A DNA stretch of 64,000 nucleotides from Octopus bimaculoides. Its lineage: Eukaryota. The translations under genes were made by a program, and so were the position numbers. Below the pieces are notes generated by a model that was not told the DNA's origin, did not search any database, and saw only the letters and a program-made list of their open reading frames with translations. The stretch covers positions 66,320,672 to 66,384,671 of the forward strand of contig NC_068983.1 of NCBI RefSeq assembly GCF_001194135.2, written 5' to 3'. Below are positions 25,622 to 38,888 of the stretch, in pieces. Positions within the stretch are counted from its first letter, which is position 1. Every line of letters begins with the position of its first letter.

Positions 25622-25648
25622 GCCTGGCAACAATGGGCTATTCAGCTA

Positions 25649-25649
<1 letters not shown>
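25622..25649 (+). mobile_element. Probable Helitron 3' terminus
   Basis: gcctggcaacaatgggctattcagCTAG|T followed by (AT)n, like typical animal Helitron ends (cccgggcaacgccggg..ctag|t); 5' end not securely located. Confidence 0.5.
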
Positions 25650-25690
<41 letters not shown>

Positions 25691-25964
25691 AAATAAGGAT
25701 TCAGATAGAATCAGGTACTTGAAAAGGTATGCACCAGGTAGCCAGGTCAGGTTGAATTAGCATGTGGTTCCAGCCTATGCTTGGTAAGTATCAAATAGGA
25801 TATTCCAGTTGTGTACACAGAGAAAACCAACCCTATGAGCATTTAATGCCTAGGGGCTGGTCTAAATCAAGCGTTACTTTGAATAGTATATTGTTTGTAT
25901 ACTCTATGGTGTCCAACAAGTTGTAAATCCCCTTGGTGTATTATAATCAAATGAATAATATATG

Positions 25965-26148
25965 ATGGATAATTGTCAGCTCATTACAGCTGTTTCTTAT
26001 GTATCAGGATCTATTCTTGGGATATTTTTTTGTTTGTAAAATTACTTTTCATTTGATGATTATGGTTTTTGGTAATAGAGTAATGTTCTCATTCTTCTAT
26101 TTAAAATTATATGTAAGAAACAGCTGTAATGAGCTGACAATTATCCAT
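25965..26148. repeat. Inverted repeat, 35-bp perfect arms (25965-25999 / 26114-26148)
   Basis: atggataattgtcagctcattacagctgtttctta and its exact reverse complement; pairing extends ~11 bp further out with G-U pairs. Confidence 0.92.
26048..26133 (+). ncRNA. Degenerate minimal hammerhead-ribozyme-like motif
   Basis: TTCAT-TTGATGA-stem II(ttatg/tgtaa)-GAAA-C-AGCT-G-TA-ATGAG; only C3 of the CUGAUGA core differs. Confidence 0.5.
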
Positions 26149-26170
26149 TGTATGTTATTATTTGTTTTAT

Positions 26171-26224
<54 letters not shown>

Positions 26225-26239
26225 TATATATATGTATGT

Positions 26240-26662
26240 ATTCTCTCTCTTTTATTCTCTTACATGTTTCAGTCATTTGACTGCGGCCATGCTGGAGCAC
26301 CGCCTTTTAGTCGAGCAAATTGACCCCAGGACTTATTCTTTGGAAGCCTAGTACTTATTCTATCAGTCTCTTTTGCCGAACCGCTAAGTTACGGGGACGT
26401 AAACACACGACCATCGGTTGTCAAGCGATGCTGGGGGAACAAACACAGACACACAAACATATACACATACATACATATATATATATATATACATATATAC
26501 GACGGGCTTCTTTCAGTTTCCGTCTACCAAATCCACTCACAAGGCTTTGGTCGGCCCGAGGCTATAGTAGAAGACACTTGCCCAAGGTGCCACACAGTGA
26601 GAATGAACCCGGAACCATGTGGTTAGTAAGCAAGTTACTTACCACACAGCCACTCCTGTGCC
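26240..26662 (-). mobile_element. Near full-length young tRNA-derived CORE-type SINE with internal (TA/TG)n
   Basis: Head caggagtggctgtgtggtaag...ggttccgggttc, CORE-like ggcaccttgggcaagtgtctt, 3' tail aatgactgaaacatgtaagagaataaaag; CpGs retained. Confidence 0.88.
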
Positions 26663-27269
26663 TATATATATATATAATGATAATGTGGGCTTCAATGGAA
26701 TCAGATCATTGTAAATCAACAGCAAAGCACATCACATTTTTGCTGGATAGTTTATTCTGAATATTCCAGGTAATTAACCATTCAACTCAGTGGCCAATGA
26801 AGAGTTGAACAGTATTTCATTGGCATCAAGGCTTTTCTGAAAATGCAAGTATGAGTAAAAGGAATGACTGTCACATTTGATGTGGTATCATTTATAATAA
26901 TAATAAGGATGAAACAAATGGCTATCAATGGTTATTACTACATATGTTTCCTTAGCAATTTTTATTTAAGACACAGTATATTATATAACACAGAATTTAA
27001 CAATATTCACCATCATGTAGTAATATGCAAGTTTGTGGTTTTATAAAGTGCCATTTCTTCGAGTAATATATATTTGAATACGTTTTAGATGATATGTCGC
27101 TAAAAATTTAGTAACACATGACAATTCAGAGAGAGAAATGAAGCTAGTATGCTCTGTTGGGTGTGTTAGTGTGCAAGAGAAAATTTTAGTATAAGAGGAA
27201 TTAGATGTATCCCCTAGACCCCCCCTCTCCACAGCTCCTACACCTTGCACATCATCCCACTATTTCTGC

Positions 27270-27890
27270 TTTGTTCTCCTACCTGGGCCACTCCTATTTA
27301 TCCCAACTTACCCCTCTACATACTGGTGTTTCCCATTATCTGCACTCCCACCCAAGTTCATTCACTAAATTAACCTCTGCTTCTCCCTATTAACTGTCCC
27401 CTCTTCATGCTTTTATGAAAGCATCCACTCTCTCATCCCCTTCCCAGACCCACTGTCCAAGTCCTCTCCTATACTAACCCTCTTGTTCCTTGTGAGTTTG
27501 CTCTTGCACCCCACCACTATCTTCCTTTTATCTCCTTCAGCTATGTATCTCCTCTATAGCAAGATATCTGTTTGTTCCTTTATCGTAATTGAGCCTTTCA
27601 ACACCTAACAAAGCCACTCACCTCCACCTACCTCTTTTTTCCCTTTCCTTTCTCCCATGTTCTTTTCTGTCTTGCAAATTACATGGCAACTTCACTAATG
27701 CCAGGGTTAAATGAAAAAGCATCCAGTACACTTTGTAAAGTGGTTGGCATTAGGAAGGGCATCCATTCATAGGAATCATGCCAAAGATGACACTGGAGCT
27801 CAACACAGCCCTGCAGCTCACTGGTTCCTTGTCAAACTGTCCAACTCATGCTAGTATGAAAAGCAAGCATTAAATCATGATGATGGCGGC
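27270..27890 (+). mobile_element. Pyrimidine-rich LINE 3' UTR ending in the RTE-type terminus
   Basis: gtggttggcattaggaagggcatcc...catgctagtatgaaaag...(gat)n shared with 5610-5770. Confidence 0.65.
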
Positions 27891-29056
27891 AGTGGTGATG
27901 GTGACTGTGGCGGTGATCGTGGTGGTCATGGTGGTCGAGGTGGCCATGGTGATGTACACACACACACACACAAATTTTGTAGGTACTGGTATGTACCAAT
28001 AAGTTCAGATATACAGAGTGTATTTATATGAAGTAAGACAATATATAGTTGGTGTGATTTTTCTTCTTTATCACTTCTGCCAAGTGAATTTCTTATTTAT
28101 CACTGTTACTGTTGGATTGGACTTTTACAAACATAGAATACACACAGTATAGTGCATAACTCTTATTGAAACTGACTAGGAAAGGCTGTCAGGTGGAATT
28201 GAATGCAATAATGTGAAAAGGAGTTGCCAGGAGATTATGCTGGCTGTTAGAAAGCTTTGGTGTGGGGGAAAAAACTATGCCATATGCAAAAAAACGTTAA
28301 AGATTGTAAAGTTTACAGTAGGAACAATACATAATAATAATGATAAAATGAGGTCAAGTTCTCTTGAAGCTACTCCAGTAACTATTCTCACCTTGTTTTC
28401 TTGTGGCTTTGATAGCATGCTTGATGGAGAATGGCTCCTGAGTGTGTGGTCCAGTGTATAAACATGGCAAAATGTGCCAATAAATACAAAGTAAATACTT
28501 GAATAACCATTGCATTTACTTTTATTTATCCCATAATTTATCTCTCTTCAGAGGATTTTTTTTCTATGCTGTATGGGTTTTAAAACAGTTATTTTTTTAC
28601 GCATGAAAGTTTGTAGAACTTTTTTCTTCCCATGAAAATTCTGTAGGGACATACCTTAATTTATATCATGGAAATCAATAGGAAAACAGATTTCCTGTTA
28701 CAGAATTTCATTTATGGTAAAGCTTCCAGGACTGTAAGCTACTGTATAAGAAGATAAAAAAGTCTTTGAACAGATTTACTGCTCAATGTCAAATGTATCA
28801 TACGTGAACATATGTAGGAATGGTCATCTGTATATACACAAACCCATGCATATACATACATGCATACATAATTATATGTGTGCATGTATGGTGGTGTGTA
28901 CATTCTCATGTATATGATCACCCATTGATAAATGTGTGCATGTCAGCATGGAAAACAGACATCAAAATGATGATGTTGATGCTATTGCTGATGATGATGA
29001 TATTTATGTGTGTGTATCAATAATTTGTCTATACATGTAAGCAAATATATATATCT

Positions 29057-29127
<71 letters not shown>

Positions 29128-30839
29128 CATACATGCGTGTATGTATATATGTGTATATACGTGTGTATATATACATATATTTATATATATAAACATATAT
29201 ACACAGACACAGACACACGCACATACACATATTCTTGTATGTAGTAAAGCAAAATGAGAGGAAAAGAGAGAGTGAGAGGGGCAAGGGAGTCTATAGGGGA
29301 GTATGCTTAGGTAACCAGATAATTACATATATACCTTATTCATCATGTGTATGACTTTCTATGCACATACTTAAGACAATTTGATCCCACACTTACTAAG
29401 AGAGGAAATATGTATCAAAATTCAGAAGTAAAAGTTGCGAACAGATGAAATAACACCTAGAGGTTATTAGTTATTGAGACTGTATATCAGTATGAGCGAT
29501 AAAAGAAAGACAAAGTACAGCAATATTGAAAGAAGGATAAACGAAATTTGGGAAATTTTCCTTCGCCCGAGATATAGTTATTTAATATGATAAGCTATAA
29601 ATTCACTATCGATTCTTATCCACGCAAAACAGATAAAATAAAATAAACCAAGAAAAGCGTTCTGTACATTAAAACACGTGCGTTAGACTAATTCTTCGTC
29701 TGTGTATTATAAATAATTACTACACATGTGCTGTTGTTTCAAGAACTGCGCAACACACCATCCCATTCCACTAGCGATCGCTGCTTACTATCACACGAAC
29801 TCAGGAATTACGCCTGTTAGTGTGACGTAAGTGCAGACTGTTTAATACACCTGCATACACACACACACATACACAAACATTCTTATGGAGTGAACAATGG
29901 ATATATAAAACATAATATATTACATAATATCGTTTATGTGTGCGTGTGTGTGTGTGTGTGTGTACACGGAACATTAAAATACTTGGAGGTTGAGAATTAC
30001 GTATACATACATGCATACAAGGCGGTGCCCCAACATGACCGCAGTCTAATGACTGAAACAAGTAAAAGATGAGAGACGGAAGATATATATATANNNNNNN
30101 NNNNNNNNNNNNNNNNNNNNNNNNNNNNNNNNNNNNNNNNNNNNNNNNNNNNNNNNNNNNNNNNNNNNNNATATACACACACACACATGCACATACACAC
30201 ACATATATGCATTAAACATAGATATTTGGTGATTGCGTGTGTGCGTGTTTGTGAAATTATCAAGCTCCAAGTATTTTAATGTTTATCATCTGTTTTTATT
30301 TTAGAAGCATAGTCATATGTGTACCGATTAAAATTTACTTTTATCTTATGTTATTATCCTTGATGAATCCGTCTTCTTAACCACAAACCCGTTTCAGTTT
30401 CTGAAACACTCCTACGTGTTGCAACTTTACACCTGGATACAAAAGGAGCAGAAACTTTACTGTATGTAGGTTCGTGTCTACATAGACACGAGGCTACAGT
30501 TACAGCTTACGTACGAACTGGAGTCGACTAGTTCGATCCCAGAACTTTATCAACTCCGGAAAACTTATATGCGAAATGAACCGAGGTACGATTTGAACTC
30601 GGTGCATATACAAATACCGTGGGAGATGTGTGTTGTGTTCTTGCGAGTGTGCCGCTGTGGCCCAGTTTACTCCCACCTTTATCATTTTTTGTAATGCCGT
30701 CGCTATGTCCAAATAGATTACTCCCAAATGAAAGGAACCAGTATATTACAGGATACAATTTATTGCCCTCTGTAGGTATAAAAAGTAAAGTCGACAGCAG
30801 TGGAATTCGCATATCTCAGCGAAAAATAATAATTGTTTT

Positions 30840-31052
30840 AACTTTTGGCACAACGCTAGCAGTGTTAGGAGACGGAGGTTAGTCATTTACACTGACAACA
30901 GTTCTTGACTGGTATTTGGTTTCACCGATCCCGAAAGGATGAAAGGCAAAGATGACCTCGGAGGGATTTGAACTCCCTTACAGCGTAAAAGAGCCAGAAA
31001 ACTACTAAGCATTTTGTCCGACGTGCTAAACGATTCTGCCAGCTAACCGCCT
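30840..31052 (-). mobile_element. SINE (34176-type family)
   Basis: cccgaaaggatgaaaggcaaagatgacctcggagggatttgaactc...aagcattttgtccgacgtgctaaacgattctgccagct. Confidence 0.8.
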
Positions 31053-31665
31053 TCCAAATAGTAATAATAATAATTCATAATTTTGGCTCACAGCCACAAA
31101 TTTGAGGCGACAGGTGTATCTAATGAATATGCACAGGTATGCGATTGGTGCTTATCTTATCAACTTTGAAAAAGTTGGTTCAGGTAGAAATAGAACTCAA
31201 AATGTAACGTGAAGGCTCTAATTATTATCAGGCTTTTAATCCGATGCTCCACTGTATCAGTCACTGTAATCTCGGTTATAATTTCCTTTGGTTATACATG
31301 GGATTTTTAATTTATAGGAGATGAGAAATTGCATGTTGTGACGTTCAAGAATATGCGGAGAAGATGAGTGTCGTACAGTGCTGGATTTAGATTTGGTGAG
31401 GCCATAAGCTGTATAAACATTCTATAAAAAAAATTACGTATATATATATATATATCCCTCAATTATTTTGAGGCTCCTACATTTTGCAATACCTTAAGTT
31501 GTAGTTTGTTTATTTCATACTCAAAAGCGGCACTGGGATGCAAAAATGATTTCAAGGTATAACCGAAACTGATTCGCGAACTTTTCTTTCACTGGAGTTT
31601 TGCATCAACTCAGCATCTCCCATCACTTTTTAACAGCGCAGTACTAATATTTTTGCGCCTTTTTC

Positions 31666-31666
<1 letters not shown>

Positions 31667-31749
<83 letters not shown>

Positions 31750-31753
31750 TATT
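31667..31753. repeat. (ATT)n microsatellite
   Basis: Direct reading. Confidence 0.97.
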
Positions 31754-31909
31754 GACGCGTTAATTTCCACAAAGAATTCTTTTCCAATTATATCTATAAA
31801 GAATTGCGTGTGTATGTGTGTGTGTGTTATAGGAGCGAGAAGTAAGCTTTAGAAAGAGAAAGAGTTACAAACTAAAAGTTTCGCTCGGATATTAAAAACT
31901 TTCAAAGCG

Positions 31910-31947
<38 letters not shown>

Positions 31948-32918
31948 TTCGGCTACATAAACTGTTGCTGCAGCACGGTTGTTTGTTTTTCGTGATGATG
32001 ATGTTGATGTTGTACTTGTAAGCATTCACAAGCTTTACAGTAGTTGGTTTTAATATATCGATGTTTATTATTTGTTATTATAAAACAAAGCAATCCAAAA
32101 AATTCCCAACATTTCGTTTTAACATTACCAGCTTAAGAGATTTCCTAACAACAAAAGCGAAAAGTAAGTTATTCTTTCGTTTTCTCTTCCCCGTGCTTTC
32201 CACACACACACACACACTTCACATCTGCATGCGCGTACACACCCACCCACACATATACACTACTTGATATTATTTGTACCTGTATCTCACTTTCTTCCGT
32301 TTGTTCCTAATTCATTTTTCTGTCTTTCATCGTCTGGCTCTATATTTTCATTTTCATTTTAAAGCAACAGTCTTTTATAAGTGGTGACTAAAACTGTCAG
32401 TATGTACGAATGTCCCTTTTCTTGAAAAAAACAATCAAAACAAAACAAAACATTGATTTAACACTATCTATTACGTGTGTATATATACTTATATATTTAC
32501 GTATATGTAATGTGTGTATGTGAGGGTATAAATATTGTGTGGATTGATTTTTCGATTTCTTGAGATAAGTGATAGTTACAGGAAAGAAAGAGTTTGTCCA
32601 GCTAATGCACCTTCGCAGAGTAGTACTGGTTACTTCTGTACTCTATCGATATTCTTGGTGCACTCCATCACATACACACACACACACACATTCTACATAA
32701 AATTGAATCCTCATTTTGGGTGTGTCACAACAACAATTACAACAACAGTAACGCAACTGTTGTTGTTTTACTTTAAAGCGTGAGAATATATTTTAAGAAA
32801 TCGATTGACAGACCATTGTAAATAAAAGAGGAAAGAAAGAGAAAAAGTGTGCTTGAGTGAATGAGGAAAATCAATGACTGACGGGGATGGGGAGGTTGTT
32901 GGAGGGATGTCTTGTTTT

Positions 32919-32920
<2 letters not shown>

Positions 32921-32989
<69 letters not shown>

Positions 32990-33135
32990 ATACATATATA
33001 TATATACATATATATTTATACATATACACATATATACATACATATATATACACACACATATATACATATATATATACATACATACATAATATATATATAT
33101 ATATATGTGTGTGTGTGTATATACATATATATATA

Positions 33136-33223
<88 letters not shown>

Positions 33224-33300
33224 TATACATATATATATATATATACACATATATATATATACACACATATATATATATACACACATATATATATACACAT

Positions 33301-33376
<76 letters not shown>

Positions 33377-33405
33377 GTATATACATACATACATACATAC
33401 ATACA
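32921..33405. repeat. Long compound (TA)n/(CA)n microsatellite
   Basis: Direct reading; source of the poly-IY ORFs. Confidence 0.97.
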
Positions 33406-34175
33406 CCATTTAATGTTCACTAGTTCTTTCAATTGAAGCTCCACGCACACACACGCATACAAACTCATCCATATGCAAAGATAAATAAATACCCGTTAAT
33501 ACAAATATGTACAAGTAGAAACGTGCACGCCTACAGAAAACATACTCGTACATACATACACACATATGAGAGAAAGATGATACTCGAAGAAAAAAAGAAC
33601 CCAATTAAGTAGGGGACACATGTCCGAAAGGATATTATAAATAGGCCCAAATATATGGAAATTCATGCTTTAACACATTCCGTGATACATTTAGACATAC
33701 AGACTTGTTGACATTAATACGCACTAACTTGTAAACATAAACACAGTCCAAGAAACACTAACGCAGTTACATGCTGTCACTAACGAACACACATACACAT
33801 ACTATCTTTTACCTATGTACATAAATACATACACTTGCATTAAGAGTGCTGCAGACAGACATACTGACAGTTACAGACACGCACAAACACCGTCGAGTAA
33901 TTTCTAAAACAATTGACTGATAACTACCGAAGTAAGCGGTCACTGCACTGTCGTTTATACTACTACGAAATAGGGTGAACTGCGATTACACTTCAATAGA
34001 AGTAGTGGTCACTACTGTTGTTGTTTAGCCTCAGATCGGCCTTGAACTCAGGAGTCCTGAGATCTAAGATCTTCTAGATGTGACAGTCGTCGTTTTTCAT
34101 TGTGACCGAATATAGATTGATTGTGTCGATGCAGAATACCACCAGTTTCCTCGGATTTCGGACTTTACCATAATG

Positions 34176-34408
34176 TATCTTATTTCTTTATTGCACACAA
34201 GGGGCTAAACATAGAGGGGACAAACAAGAAGAGACAAGGGGATTAAGTCGATTACGTCGACCTCCGGTGCGTATCTGGTACTTAATTTATCGACCCCGAA
34301 AGGATGAAAGGCAAAGTAGACCTCGGCGGAATTTGAACTCAGAACGTAACAGCAGACGAAATAAATACCGCTAAGCATTTCGCTCGGCGTGCTAACGTTT
34401 CTACCATA
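34176..34408 (-). mobile_element. Young SINE with B box GAGTTCAAATTCC
   Basis: rc: gtagaaacgttagcacgccgagcgaaatgcttagcgg...gttctgagttcaaattccgccgagg...ccccttgtgtgcaataaagaaataag. Confidence 0.85.
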
Positions 34409-35197
34409 TATCCAAAGTTACCTTATGCATGGAGACTGTCTTATATTTAAGTTGGTTCGAGCCTCCTGTTATTATTGGTGTTTTGTCTAACGTCTGGTCA
34501 ACTTTGATAGGACAATTCAGTTTGTTCTTCAGACTTAGTATTCAGACCACATTATCTAATATTCCTTCCCATTTTTGAATATGGTGTTGTGTGATTTGAA
34601 GGAGATTTGGTTCCTATCTGCAGGTCAAGCTTCCTTCACTTACTTGTCAAGCTCTCAGTAGTCATACTTAGGAGTCCGTAGCCAGTGGACTATGCATTCA
34701 CTTGTTAGAGTGATCTGTGTTGTATGATTGTGACTGATGAAGAATGATTAGTGCATTGTAATTGAGGTTGAGTTGGTGAAAAGTGATCTGGAGACAGAGG
34801 TTACTATCAGTGGACTGGTCAGATTGCTCTTCCAACTCACCAATAGCAAGTATTAGTGATTTTTTTGGCCCCATCTCCCTCTGTTACCAAGAAAACAAAA
34901 AGTGTTCACATCCATATAATTCTTTCTTTGACATGATAGTGGACAAATTTAAAAAGTTTAAACCCATTTTAATTTTATTAAACATGCAAATTTGTCCACC
35001 TACTTTTTAATCTTTATAGCCCCACATTGCAAAACGCTGGATTAGACTATACTGAAGGTGGATTGATGAGTGTATTGCAGTCAGGTTCTTGAAAAGATCA
35101 GGTGTCAAACATGGACCTCAATCCAAGCTATTCATTTAGTAGACAGAGATAAATACAGATACTATATTCAGCTGCAGGTTACAGGTTATATACATGT

Positions 35198-36277
35198 ATG
35201 GGATCTATTTTAAAACGGGGGCCACATTTTTCATTAACGAAACACTTTGAAACTTGGAACACTGGTAGAATGTGTCATATAAAACATCTTTTTCTCTTAG
35301 TCTTCTTAAAAAAAAAAAAAGAAATCCCTAAGTTATTCCATGTTAAAGTTGTCGTATTTCTGTAATTTCAACCAATCACTGACGTCCATTCAACCGATAT
35401 ACATTAAGTGCCGACTACATAAACAAACGATTCTGAAACAATTCTATCGGTGATAGGGTTAGGGTTAGGGTAAAACAGCAAATTTAAAAAGAAAAAAGCA
35501 AATAAAACGAAGAAAAAAAAAAGAAAATGAAAAAAGCAAATAAANNNNNNNNNNNNNNNNNNNNNNNNNNNNNNNNNNNNNNNNNNNNNNNNNNNNNNNN
35601 NNNNNNNNNNNNNNNNNNNNNNNNNNNNNNNNNNNNNNNNNNNNNNNNNNNNNNNNNNNNNNNNNNNNNNNNNNNNNNNNNNNNNNNNNNNNNNNNNNNN
35701 NNNNNNNNNNNNNNNNNNNNNNNNNNNNNNNNNNNNNNNNNNNNNNNNNNNNNNNNNNNNNNNNNNNNNNNNNNNNNNNNNNNNNNNNNNNNNNNNNNNN
35801 NNNNNNNNNNNNNNNNNNNNNNNNNNNNNNNNNNNNNNNNNNNNNNNNNNNNNNNNNNNNNNNNNNNNNNNNNNNNNNNNNNNNNNNNNNNNNNNNNNNN
35901 NNNNNNNNNNNNNNNNNNNNNNNNNNNNNNNNNNNNNNNNNNNNNNNNNNNNNNNNNNNNNNNNNNNNNNNNNNNNNNNNNNNNNNNNNNNNNNNNNNNN
36001 NNNNNNNNNNNNNNNNNNNNNNNNNNNNNNNNNNNNNNNNNNNNNNNNNNNNNNNNNNNNNNNNNNNNNNNNNNNNNNNNNNNNNNNNNNNNNNNNNNNN
36101 NNNNNNNNGTGATTGGTTGGAATTACAGAAATACGACAACTTCAACTTATGGATTTCTTTTTTTTTTAAGAAGACTAAGAGAAAAAGATGTTTTATATGA
36201 CACATTCTACCAGTGTTCCAAGTTTCAAAGTGTTTCGTTAATGAAAAATGTGGCTCCCGTTTTAAAAAAGATCCCAT
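35198..36277. mobile_element. Long-TIR DNA transposon/foldback element spanning a gap
   Basis: Arms 35198-35379 and 36109-36277 are inverted near-copies (substitutions plus one ~13-bp indel); internal (TTAGGG)-like run at 35454-35471. Confidence 0.75.
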
Positions 36278-37269
36278 GTATGAGATGTACCTACAAGTAA
36301 CAGAACAGGACTTAAGAATCTGACTGATTTTTAAAAAATTTGGTAATCCTTCAGCAAAAGGTCTTTTGGCTTTTAAAAGGGGAAGTAGACACCTCTGAAA
36401 ATTGCAAGCCCATTCCAGATGGCCCACTTGCCAACAATCCTTTAGTTTGATCTCTGTTCTCTGTTAGAGGAAGTGCTGAGTTCATATGGTCAAAAGTGAT
36501 CTAGTGTATTATGGTTACACTAGTAAAGTGGTAAGTACAGTTGGAAGAAGTTGTCAGTGTAACTGTTGTTGCTGGGTATGGAATTGTTAGTCTAGTGTAG
36601 TAACTCTTCCAAGAAAATGTCTTGATTGAAGTTTATTGATCTTTTGATACACTTATACTAAATGTGGCTGTGTTTGTTTGTGTGTGCGATGGGGAGATAT
36701 TAGGTGTAACATATTGGGACTACACACAATACAGTAAAAGCTCTTTATGTTGACCTAACGCATATCATTGTGTGTGTATTAATCGTCATTTATCTGTCAG
36801 TGAATGTTTGACTAAGGCAGAGACCTAGTTATTTGGCAGAACTGAAAAGAGTACAATGCATGAAAGAAATAATAAAATATATTTTCTGTCACCAGGTACT
36901 GGTGTCTTTGAGACTAATTTATATTTTCAGAATATCAGTAATAATTTGAGTGTAATATGAGAAACAGGTGATAATTCACTGCCAAGTGATTGATTGAAAA
37001 ATCAGTCTAAATTCCTATGATGCAGAAATCTGATATTTTAGGTCATTGAAACAATTATGCATTTGGCTCCTTAATTTTTGACTTTGTTTTCACTCTCACA
37101 ACACATGTTAATTGGTGTTAATAGGTGTTTGTACATGAAACAGATACAATGTGGATGAAAGAGAAAGGATTTCAACAAATGATTTTATTTGAAGACTTAT
37201 GTTGACTATTTTCCAGTGGGTTTATATTGACTTAATTATGTAGTAATTATTACTTTAAAAAATGACATT

Positions 37270-37480
37270 TTTGTCTACATCATCATAATTTTACTGTCCA
37301 TTTTACCATGCTTGCATGAGTAAGATGGAATTTGTTGAGACAGATTTTCTACAGCTGGATGCCCTTCCTGTTTCCAACCTTTACTTGTTTCTAAGGATGG
37401 TAATATTTCCTCATGACCAGACATGTTTTCACAAAAGATTGGAAGTAAATGATTATAATTGTATGACACTGACACTCATT
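37270..37480 (-). mobile_element. RTE-tailed SINE/LINE 3' UTR
   Basis: catcatcat...ttaccatgcttgcatgag...ttttctacagctggatgcccttcctg. Confidence 0.7.
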
Positions 37481-37517
37481 TACAACTATTACACAATGCT
37501 AAGGCATGAAGGTACTC

Positions 37518-37563
<46 letters not shown>

Positions 37564-37617
37564 CCTCTCACACACACACATGTACACATACACACACACA
37601 TGCACACACATTATATG

Positions 37618-37730
37618 ACAGGCTTCTTGCACTTTCCATCTACCAGATCCACTCACATGGCTTTGGTCAGCCAAGGGTTATAGTAGAAGATACTTGCCCA
37701 AGGTACCATGCTGTGGAACTGAACCTGAAA
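37618..37730 (-). mobile_element. 5' half of CORE-type SINE
   Basis: ggcttcttgcactttccatctaccagatccactcacatggctttggtcagcc...cttgcccaaggtacc. Confidence 0.75.
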
Positions 37731-38888
37731 TCATTTATTATAAAATATATAAAAAAATATACTGACCTCTCAACCAAAATACTGACAGATAAATAGAAGA
37801 GTTTTAGAAGTTCAATTATTGTGAGGGTTAAAGAGCAGATCTCAGCTCCTATCCCTTTGTCTGAGAATAAGGAAGAAAGTGTTTTTATTCTGATGCAAAT
37901 GCCTTATGAATTCAATCCATTAGGCTTTTAAAAAAGTATTATAGAAGATATAGTACGCTGTTTAATCTAAAGGAGATGACAGGTGAGCTCTGTACAAATA
38001 AGCATCCTGTCAGCATTATGATGTGATGAAATCATTATGTGAGGATGGAAGTATCAGTAATATACTGAGGTTGATTTAACTGATTGTATAGATTTGTGGT
38101 TTTGTGTTGATGCAAAAGTTATGATTTAAAATATACTAAAAAAAAACAGACGTCCAAGAATTCTTCAAGTTATAGAATAAAGGTATACCAATGTTAAGCC
38201 AAATGTTTTATAAAGGAAAATTTCCTTCATATTTTACTACCTACCAATGTAATATCAATTCATTTATAACATTTTGTTTACCTAATAATGTAAAAAAAAA
38301 AAAATTACTGAAATTGTTATTTATCAAGCAATTTCTTAAATGTATTTTTTTTAGAGAGATTTTGAAATATTAAATGATGCTTTGATTGAAAAAGGTTATT
38401 GTAAATTAATTACCTTGTTTAATAACAGAACAAAATATCTTCATCAATATTTCAAATAGGAAACTTATAGATCAATAAAAAAGACAACACCAATGCAATT
38501 TTCTGTACTAGTAACAAGATTAGTTGTATGAATCAGACAGAAAATGTTGTGTATAGAAAACCTGTAGCGACTGAAAACTTTAAAAATGCACGAGAGTGAT
38601 TAGATGGAAATAAATTGAGAAAGCAGTATTCTTTACTTAGTCAATAAAGCAGTACAAAGGTTAGATAGCTTCTCCAAACTACTACTGACTCTCTATAAAC
38701 AACAATTACACTTTCCAATGAACACACTTAACTCAATTGCTTTTTCTTTTCTCCTGTCTCCTTTTCTATGCTTCTCTCGCAATATTCCATTTGAAAAGCA
38801 ATTTTCTCCATTCCTTCTTTACCACAACTTCATCCTCCATAATTCTCTACTGGTCTATGCTTTTCTTTCAAACTGTGACCTTCTATAG

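Larger units (their letters stand above)
29500..34450 (+). promoter_or_regulatory. CpG-retaining, promoter-like region with candidate 5' exon donors
   Basis: Visibly more CG than the flanks (o/e not computed); CACGTG 29675, TATAAATA 29708, TGACGTAA 29823, GGGAAATTTTCC 29550; GTAAGT at 29827 and 32164. Confidence 0.45.

Noticed and set aside
32768-33468. 150-210 aa IY/YI-repeat ORFs (also at 19.0-19.5 kb)
   Set aside because: Translations of (TA)n/(CA)n microsatellite.
36468-36530. Plus-strand ttAG...GTAAGT-bounded segment
   Set aside because: Stops in all frames; at best an unverified UTR exon.
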